Shown: positions 57,705 through 64,000 of the stretch, one piece after another | Position numbering within the stretch: position 1 is the stretch's first letter | How the letters are laid out: each line of letters starts with the position of its first letter | Origin: Patescibacteria group bacterium | GTDB taxonomy: Bacteria; Patescibacteriota; JABMPQ01 | Direction of reading: 5' to 3' | DNA length: 64,000 nt | Assembly (NCBI GenBank): GCA_018818965.1 | Contig: JAHJQX010000024.1 | Span: 6,105 to 70,104, forward strand | Program-made: the position numbers and the translations under genes | Notes under the pieces: model-generated | Told to the model about the DNA's origin: nothing | What the model saw: the letters and a program-made list of their open reading frames with translations, nothing else | Databases searched by the model: none

Positions 57705-57908
57705 TTGGAACTATGGATGGTCCAGGGATGGTATGCTAGTGGACCATCGCCAAAATGTGGACATCAGTGTCCCACCTGCGACATCAAGCTACTCGAATAC
57801 ACTTCACTGTGCGGAGAGCCGATACTGATAAATATCTCACGGCAAGAACCGAGTGAGCCGATGGGTGAATTTATCACTAGAGAGCTGCAAAAACAGAACG
57901 CCAACTGA
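57705..57908 (+). CDS. Second CxxC zinc-ribbon mini-protein (paralogous; start uncertain)
   Basis: …KCGHQCPTC…LCGEP. The frame is open upstream to 57645 (…KCPECEGE…) but has no in-frame ATG; the track uses a TTG. Confidence 0.35.
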   Translation: MELWMVQGWYASGPSPKCGHQCPTCDIKLLEYTSLCGEPILINISRQEPSEPMGEFITRELQKQNAN

Positions 57909-57931
57909 CCTGTACCTTATTTCGTACGTTA

Positions 57932-57960
57932 AAAGGATCCAATTTAAGATCCTTTTTTTA
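57932..57960. terminator. Bidirectional terminator between the zinc-ribbon genes (+) and the MFS gene (-)
   Basis: AAAGGATC-caatttaa-GATCCTTT followed by T7. Confidence 0.5.
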
Positions 57961-57987
57961 TTTTGGATCAATAACGTCTCAAAACAT

Positions 57988-59229
57988 TCAAGAAATTTTA
58001 CTCTCAACATCCAAAATCCTTGGCCGCCTGATAACAAAATAAACAAAGTATACCAATAAAATAACTCCTAATAATCCATAACCACTAAATATCGAGAAAT
58101 GGTCTGAAAAAAAGGCAAAACCTAGGCCGACCAGAATTGAAAATCCATTAAGAAATAGAGATTGAAATGATTCTACCGTCGCCCGGTGTTTTGAGTCGGT
58201 GTGATGATGGATATATCCTAAAACAAGCGGTGAAATTATTCCCAAGGCAAAGAAAGCCAGCAATAATGGAATAAGACTTAATAATGATTTTGTGTATAGC
58301 GAAAGAAGCACGAAGATAATTGCCAACAAGAGAATCAAAATTAAAGCTGAATTTAACTTGATTTTATTTTTCAATCGATGAGCGACAAATCCACCTGAGC
58401 CTTCCAGTAAAAGCCTAATTGAAGTGATTACGCCAAAGAACAATAAGGGTAAACTAATTGCTTGAAAAAATAATTGGCTATACTCATCTAACTCCATTAG
58501 GACTGCCCCGGTGATCACGCCATATAGGATTATGAATCTAAGACTTGAGTGGTTAAAAACAAATTTTCCGGCGTCTTTGATATGCTGCCAGTACTCCACT
58601 TCCTCAGTCGTCGTGTGAATTTTTGGCTCACGCATGGTTGCCGCGATTAAAAATGCTACGGGAATACTAAATAACGACCACCAATAGACACTTACTAAGC
58701 CCGAATAATGAGCAATCGCTCCACCCAAAACAATTGCCAGGCTATTCCCCAAATAATGAATAAATTTTTCCCGACCCAAAAATCTCTCAAAATTATTTTC
58801 TTCCTTAATGGTTTTTAGTGAATCATAGATTAAAGCGTTGGCAGTTCCGGATTTAAGTACTACTCCCAAAGCAGCAGTAATTGAGGCAATCGCGAACACC
58901 CAAAAATTGTAGGCAAAGATTGGCACCAGAAATTCAAAAAAGGCAAAAAAGGCACCTAGTAGCAATACATTTTTTCTACTCCATCTATCCGCCAATGCTC
59001 CCGAGGGAACTTCTAGAACTAACACGATCACAAAAAAGATAATATCCAAGTAAACCATTTGCGTGACCGAAAGTCCCCGCGCTTGCTGGAAAATTCTTTC
59101 AACCACATAAGCAAAAATAAAAGCCGAGAAGAAAGTGAATAAATAATACTTCCGCAGGTTGGCTCGTAATTTTTTTATGACTTGGCTATCCATGGCTGAT
59201 TTGATATTTTCTGAATTGTTTATTTCCAC
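57988..59229 (-). CDS. MFS transporter
   Basis: 413 aa, about 12 TM. MFS-like loop motif GALADRWSRKNVLLLG. Confidence 0.8.
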   Translation of the reverse strand: MEINNSENIKSAMDSQVIKKLRANLRKYYLFTFFSAFIFAYVVERIFQQARGLSVTQMVYLDIIFFVIVLVLEVPSGALADRWSRKNVLLLGAFFAFFEFLVPIFAYNFWVFAIASITAALGVVLKSGTANALIYDSLKTIKEENNFERFLGREKFIHYLGNSLAIVLGGAIAHYSGLVSVYWWSLFSIPVAFLIAATMREPKIHTTTEEVEYWQHIKDAGKFVFNHSSLRFIILYGVITGAVLMELDEYSQLFFQAISLPLLFFGVITSIRLLLEGSGGFVAHRLKNKIKLNSALILILLLAIIFVLLSLYTKSLLSLIPLLLAFFALGIISPLVLGYIHHHTDSKHRATVESFQSLFLNGFSILVGLGFAFFSDHFSIFSGYGLLGVILLVYFVYFVIRRPRILDVESKIS

Positions 59230-59747
59230 GACTTGGATAATTTAATAATTTTAGTAATAAATTCTTTCTTGGCTTCAGTATAAGCTGCGCGGTCTTCGGC
59301 AAATTGTTCGGCCAGTTTTTCTTTGAGAGCGGTATATTCCTCGCGAGCTAACTTATTTTTTCGTAAGTAGTCGCGAAATAATATCGAATCCTGCCAGCCC
59401 GATTCGCTGCCCGCCAGCACGATACTAAGGTGGTGCGTTCTGTTTTCTTCTGGCCCCTTGGCAAAAAAATATCTATCAGGAAATTTGTGTCGGTAAGAAT
59501 ACCCTAATCCTCGTAGTGGCTCAATAAATCCTTCGATTATTGAATCATCCAGTGGAGAAACAGCCATCCTGATGTCAATTATTGGTTTGGCGGGAACGCC
59601 CGGTATGGCGGTGCTACCAACATGCTCAATGGCGACCATACGATCTTTAAAAGTATCCGCCAGCAATTTCTTTTCTTCGGCAAAAACCAGTGCCCACTCG
59701 TCATGCGCGCTAGCCAATTTTACTGTTCCACGTTTGAGACCAAGCAT
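59220..59747 (-). CDS. GrpB-family (UPF0157, nucleotidyltransferase-fold) protein
   Basis: IEHVGSTAIPGVPAKPIIDI is the GrpB signature. Confidence 0.7.
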   Translation of the reverse strand: MLGLKRGTVKLASAHDEWALVFAEEKKLLADTFKDRMVAIEHVGSTAIPGVPAKPIIDIRMAVSPLDDSIIEGFIEPLRGLGYSYRHKFPDRYFFAKGPEENRTHHLSIVLAGSESGWQDSILFRDYLRKNKLAREEYTALKEKLAEQFAEDRAAYTEAKKEFITKIIKLSKSWK

Positions 59748-59771
59748 GAATTGTCTTTGGTAATTGATAAA

Positions 59772-60695
59772 TTATATTTGGATGGTGGTTTTAAAAACAA
59801 TCACTGCCTTCCCCATTATTTTCCCCAATAAGGGTTGTCCATTTTTATCTAAATCCATTATCACCTCTACTAACCCTGCTCGACCCACTGAAAATCCCTG
59901 CCTTACTTTGAATTTAAGTTGATTTTTCTCACTTGAGATTAGTTGATGTTTTATTAAATACGCTCCCAATGCTCCTCCTGAACTGCCATTAACGGGATCT
60001 TCATTAATCCCCATGGCCGGCCCAAACATTCTAGCATTAATAAAATATTTTGGATCGGGAGTATCTTTAGTAAAGACAAAATAACCATTACAGCCAACTT
60101 CTTGGCTAATATCGGTAAGTTTTGCATAATCCGGCTCAATATTTTTTAATTTACCATATGATTTTATACAAATCATTATTTTACTGTGACCAGTGGAAAC
60201 AATTTGCACTGGCACATTTTCCAAAAGATCATCGGGAGTAATTTTTAAGGCTTCACATATTTTATCGGTAATGTCTTTTCCAAATGGGGTCGCAAATTCT
60301 ATCTCTCCCTGAGTCATGACAATTTCATAATCATTATCTTCTCTGATTATATCAACTGGCAGGTTTCCTGCTTTGACTTTTTGAATAATCCTGGTAGTAG
60401 GCAGATTGTTTTCAATCGCCCGAGCATAATGAGCGGCTATCGTAGCGTGTCCACACATGGGCACTTCTGTCCTGGGAGTGAAAAATCGTACCTGGACATC
60501 ATGATCAGCCGCATTTGATGGGAAAATAAAAGCAGTTTCTGAATTATTCATTTCTCTGGCGATCATTTGCATGTCAGATTCTTTAAGACCCTCAGCATTT
60601 GTAATAACGCCAGCTGGATTACCAGTAAATTTTTCAGTTGTGAAGGAGTCGATTTGGTATAAATTGTATTTTTTCATTTTATAACTTAGTCGCAT
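59772..60695 (-). CDS. PhzF-family isomerase (phenazine-biosynthesis-like)
   Basis: YQIDSFT…FTGNPAGV… and ETAFI motifs. 307 aa. Confidence 0.8.
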   Translation of the reverse strand: MRLSYKMKKYNLYQIDSFTTEKFTGNPAGVITNAEGLKESDMQMIAREMNNSETAFIFPSNAADHDVQVRFFTPRTEVPMCGHATIAAHYARAIENNLPTTRIIQKVKAGNLPVDIIREDNDYEIVMTQGEIEFATPFGKDITDKICEALKITPDDLLENVPVQIVSTGHSKIMICIKSYGKLKNIEPDYAKLTDISQEVGCNGYFVFTKDTPDPKYFINARMFGPAMGINEDPVNGSSGGALGAYLIKHQLISSEKNQLKFKVRQGFSVGRAGLVEVIMDLDKNGQPLLGKIMGKAVIVFKTTIQI

Positions 60696-60722
60696 TATTT
60701 CTCGAAAGATTAACCCAAATCA

Positions 60723-61517
60723 TCACTTTTTACAAACATAGAATATAGGTGATTTAAAAGAATTAAAACTCTTCGACAATGAAGCTTCCATTCCCTCGGC
60801 ATCTTTGCTAGACAACTCACTCATTCTTTTGCGCATTTCAATTTTAAAACCAGCATTTTTTATTTGTGACTCAACTTCTTTCTGACTGGTAAGATGAATA
60901 AACTGTTTTCGCCTGGTCCCTCCTTCCGAATAAGGGCGTTTAAAAAATAGATCACCAAAATCCACTTCTTTTACTTTAAATCCCAGCGGCTTCAATAAAT
61001 ATAATTTTATCCACTGGATTAGCCAAAAGAATAAATAATTGCCAGTATAATATCTTTGGTGTGCGACTAAAATAAAATACCCACCTGGCTTCATTGTCCG
61101 ATGAATTTCCGCCAGAGCCTTTTTGCGATTTTCCTTGCCAGGGATTTGCACCCAGCCATTGTTCGCAAATATAGCCCCAGCAAAATAGTTATCGGGAAAC
61201 TCAAGGCTAGTAGCGTCACCAACCCGATAATCAATATTTAGATTTTTAGATGAGGCTATCTTTTTTGCGCTGTCGATCATTTTGGGGGTGATATCAACGC
61301 CGATAACATCAAATCCCTTTTGTGTTAGCGCTATAGCAGTCCTACCTGACCCACAACCAATATCCAGTATTTTAGTTTCGGGCTTAAAATATTGGCTGAC
61401 CAATTTTTCTTCGCTTTCCCAAAAACCTCGTCTGGCAATTTCCGCATATCTTTCTTGTGTCCATCTTGAACCGAATTCATCAATACTCTCTTTTTTGATT
61501 TGTTCAATTTTGTTCAC
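60723..61517 (-). CDS. Class I SAM-dependent methyltransferase
   Basis: ILDIGCGSGRTAI motif I. Confidence 0.75.
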   Translation of the reverse strand: MNKIEQIKKESIDEFGSRWTQERYAEIARRGFWESEEKLVSQYFKPETKILDIGCGSGRTAIALTQKGFDVIGVDITPKMIDSAKKIASSKNLNIDYRVGDATSLEFPDNYFAGAIFANNGWVQIPGKENRKKALAEIHRTMKPGGYFILVAHQRYYTGNYLFFWLIQWIKLYLLKPLGFKVKEVDFGDLFFKRPYSEGGTRRKQFIHLTSQKEVESQIKNAGFKIEMRKRMSELSSKDAEGMEASLSKSFNSFKSPIFYVCKK

Positions 61518-61541
61518 GGATTAAATATAATTTTTATCCTT

Positions 61542-62357
61542 CTATTTGGGGATATTTTTGGGATACGGAATTGGAAATACTCCTTTTAAATTCATTACTG
61601 TGGGTGAAGTAGTTTTTGCATTCATTTTTGCTATAAAACTGAATTTTTCAATAGCTAGAAGTTCGCTCGTACTCATTTCTGGATGATATTTGTTGACTAA
61701 ATCAGCTGCTTCTGGAGCAGTGAAATAACAAAGAATATGATTGGCTGCTTCGAGTAAACGCTTCAAAATATCTGTACGATAATACATAGATGTTTGATCT
61801 GACAAAACGCAAGACAATTTTTTTTCTTTACTAAGCACTATTTTTTCTAACACTTCTTCATTTATAAAGTTATGAGCTTCATCTAGCCCAAGCGTTCGAT
61901 TTTCGCCACTAGTAATTTGCAAAAACTGCTTCACTAGATAGATACCAAGATCTCTTGCTCCATCTGTACCTAAAGTTCTGTAGTCAAGTGTGCACAGAAG
62001 AAACTTTTGGGCGTCATTCTTCATTTCTTCAAAATCAATTTCTTGTTGGAATTTTTCAACATTTTCTTTAAAAGTGCCCATTCGTGCTTCAAATACCACA
62101 ACTTTGTCTACCTTGTCCGCCGGAATGTATGTTTGAATATCTTTCACGAGATCACCGTATGGATCAATAAACATACCACCCCGACTATTGTGGATGTCTG
62201 AAATTATGATGTCTTCAAGCGTAGCTGACTTGCCCTGCCCTGCACGACCGAATAAATGCATGATTCCAGGACGCTTTTCTAGGGGAAGACAAAAAATTTC
62301 TCCATTTTCTCGCACACCAATCGGCGTCAACCCCTCTTTTATAGTACTTGTGCTCAT
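61542..62357 (-). CDS. P-loop NTPase, DUF87/HerA-VirB4-clade-like (short, 271 aa)
   Basis: Walker A FGRAGQGKS, followed by IDPYGD (the DPxGE-type motif of HerA/VirB4/TraG-like ATPases), and Walker B LGLDEAHNF. Confidence 0.5.
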   Translation of the reverse strand: MSTSTIKEGLTPIGVRENGEIFCLPLEKRPGIMHLFGRAGQGKSATLEDIIISDIHNSRGGMFIDPYGDLVKDIQTYIPADKVDKVVVFEARMGTFKENVEKFQQEIDFEEMKNDAQKFLLCTLDYRTLGTDGARDLGIYLVKQFLQITSGENRTLGLDEAHNFINEEVLEKIVLSKEKKLSCVLSDQTSMYYRTDILKRLLEAANHILCYFTAPEAADLVNKYHPEMSTSELLAIEKFSFIAKMNAKTTSPTVMNLKGVFPIPYPKNIPK

Positions 62358-62370
62358 ATGAATAAGTTAG

Positions 62371-62781
62371 TTAATGATTAATTTGTTGGGAAAATGGGGT
62401 TTTTGGGTCCACCTTGACCTTATCATCTGGAATACTCGGTGCATGAATAGTAAAATAAATCGTATCTTCCACAAATTCTCCAAGGGTAATATTATTTGTG
62501 TCAATAAATAGAAAATCACCAGTTTTCACTTCCACCCGATCTTTATTAATGGTAAAAAAAGCCCTACCTTCCAATATTAACAATATCTCTACTTTTTTCT
62601 GATGATAATGACTAGGACAAACATGGCCTGCTTTCTGTTCTTTAAATTGAACCTCGACTTTGTCTGTCTTGCAAGGATGGCCTTCGTCAAAAAAAGATCC
62701 AATAAACCAACCTTTTCTATTCTCAAACTCAGAATACCGACCAATAAAATATTTACCGTTCTTTAATTTATTTTCGTCCAT
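62371..62781 (-). CDS. Cupin-domain protein
   Basis: His-rich G(X)5HXH-like HVCPSHYH…E and a second motif (G…HAP). Confidence 0.5.
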   Translation of the reverse strand: MDENKLKNGKYFIGRYSEFENRKGWFIGSFFDEGHPCKTDKVEVQFKEQKAGHVCPSHYHQKKVEILLILEGRAFFTINKDRVEVKTGDFLFIDTNNITLGEFVEDTIYFTIHAPSIPDDKVKVDPKTPFSQQINH

Positions 62782-62791
62782 AAGCTTTTGC

Positions 62792-64000
62792 TTAAATTTC
62801 TAACCCCCGCAACTCCCCCCAATTATCACCCACCTGCAAATCCACCTTTAGAGCCACATCAAGCTCATAGGCTCCTTCCATTATTTTCTTAACCTCCTGA
62901 GCCACTTCCTCCACCTTGTCATGCTTCACTTCAAACACTAACTCGTCATGTACTTGCAAAAGCATCCTCACTTCATTTTGTGTATCTGTGTTAATTCGCC
63001 TGTCCCGCAAGCTTGCGGGGTTCAAATCTGTACCAATCTGTGTCATTGCTAGATCCTTGGCCACCTCAATCATCGCTACCTTAATAATATCAGCGCTTGT
63101 CCCCTGTACCGGCATATTAATCGCCATCCGCTCGGCTGCCGCCACTTGCGGGCCTTTGCCAGTCAATTCCGGCAAATAACGTCGTCGTCCCAACAAAGTT
63201 TCGACATAACCCTTCTCCCGGGCAAACTTTATCGTCTCATCAATGTATTTCTGTAAAGCGGGAAAACTAGCAAAGTAATTATCAATAAATTTCTTCGCTT
63301 CGGCTCGACTAATATCTAACCGTTGCGCCAAGCCAAACGCTCCCATGCCATACAACACGCCAAAATTCACCGTCTTAGCCATCCGTCGTTCGCTTTTATC
63401 AATCGCTCCAATGTCTTTTTTAAAAATAATAGCCGCCGTAGCCGCGTGAATGTCCTGATCCTGGGCAAAAGCAGCCAGCAAGTTCTTATCCTGCGCAATG
63501 TGCGCCACTACCCGCAAATCGATCTGCGAATAATCGACCGAAAGTAACGTCCAACCTGCCTCGCCGGCAGGCAGGCTCGATTCCGCCACAAAAGCTTGTC
63601 GAATCTGCCGTCCCACCTGTGTCCGCACGGGGATATTTTGCAGATTAGGATCCGAGGAAGATAGTCGCCCGGTGGCCGTTACTGTTTGATTAAAGCTAGT
63701 GTGTACTCGGCCAGTTTTGGCGTTGACTAGCTTTGGCAAAGCATCAAGGTAGGTATTTTTTAACTTCACCAACTCTCGATATTGCTCGATCAAGGGGACA
63801 ATCTTGTGTTTTCCTTTAATTTTAGCCAACTCAGGAGCCGCCGTAGAATAGCCAGTGGTTGTTTTTTTGACGCCCTCGGCTGATATCTTGAGCTGCGCGA
63901 ATAATATTTTCGACAGCTGCTGGGTAGAATTAATATTGAAAGCTTTCGTGTCAGCTTTTTCGTAGATTTTAGCCGTCAAACCTTCCACTTTCTTGCTAAC
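62792..64000 (-). CDS. polA: DNA polymerase I, polymerase domain. Partial: the N-terminal part lies beyond the right edge of the window.
   Basis: Motif A region, motif B RRMAKTVNFGVLYGMGAFGL, motif C LLQVHDELVFE. The ORF is open to the window end. Confidence 0.85.
   Translation of the reverse strand, partial: VSKKVEGLTAKIYEKADTKAFNINSTQQLSKILFAQLKISAEGVKKTTTGYSTAAPELAKIKGKHKIVPLIEQYRELVKLKNTYLDALPKLVNAKTGRVHTSFNQTVTATGRLSSSDPNLQNIPVRTQVGRQIRQAFVAESSLPAGEAGWTLLSVDYSQIDLRVVAHIAQDKNLLAAFAQDQDIHAATAAIIFKKDIGAIDKSERRMAKTVNFGVLYGMGAFGLAQRLDISRAEAKKFIDNYFASFPALQKYIDETIKFAREKGYVETLLGRRRYLPELTGKGPQVAAAERMAINMPVQGTSADIIKVAMIEVAKDLAMTQIGTDLNPASLRDRRINTDTQNEVRMLLQVHDELVFEVKHDKVEEVAQEVKKIMEGAYELDVALKVDLQVGDNWGELRGLEI

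Noticed and set aside
1-64000. CRISPR arrays, rRNA genes, insertion sequences and transposases
   Set aside because: I found no series of regularly spaced direct repeats, no rRNA-like conserved stretches and no transposase-like ORFs. The only recombinase is the XerC/D-type gene.

Overview
This 64 kb window looks like a compact, low-GC (roughly 40-45%), gene-dense genome consistent with a CPR/Patescibacteria-type bacterium; the gene content below is my reading of the translated ORFs, not a database result.

Core content:
- Partial trigger factor C-terminus at the left edge.
- An origin-proximal style cluster rpmH-rnpA-yidD-yidC-jag on the minus strand, with no dnaA next to it.
- A tRNA-Ser(CGA).
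- A DnaQ-exonuclease::DinG helicase fusion.
- infB-rbfA-nrnA-fba on the plus strand.
- The c-di-AMP pair cdaA-cdaR.
- RNase Y, a short UvrD-like helicase and PEP synthase.
- A type IV pilus locus: pilB-pilC, three prepilin-like genes, then pilM-pilN-pilO.
- A minus-strand operon rpsO, an NYN-domain gene, pnp, then two large paralogous membrane-anchored proteins.
- xerD, rpsT and holA.
- A post-polA cluster: cupin, DUF87-like ATPase, methyltransferase, PhzF, GrpB, MFS transporter.
- A partial polA at the right edge.

Unusual items:
- Two clearly GC-richer segments. One, about 5.9-7.9 kb, carries an isocitrate/isopropylmalate-dehydrogenase-family gene plus small GC-rich ORFs. The other, about 52.45-53.46 kb, carries a DAGK-like lipid kinase just downstream of xerD.
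- A 1252-aa multi-TM surface protein next to a membrane-anchored ClpB-D1-only AAA+ protein.
- Glycine-rich basic repeat proteins in the place where dnaA would be expected.
- A hairpin-dense 700-bp AT-rich region with DnaA-box-like motifs.
- An apparently orphan RelE/ParE toxin with a TTG start.
- A D-Ala-D-Ala-dipeptidase-like gene overlapped by a Tat-signal ORF across a C7 homopolymer.
- Two paralogous zinc-ribbon mini-proteins.

No CRISPR array, rRNA or obvious transposase was seen.
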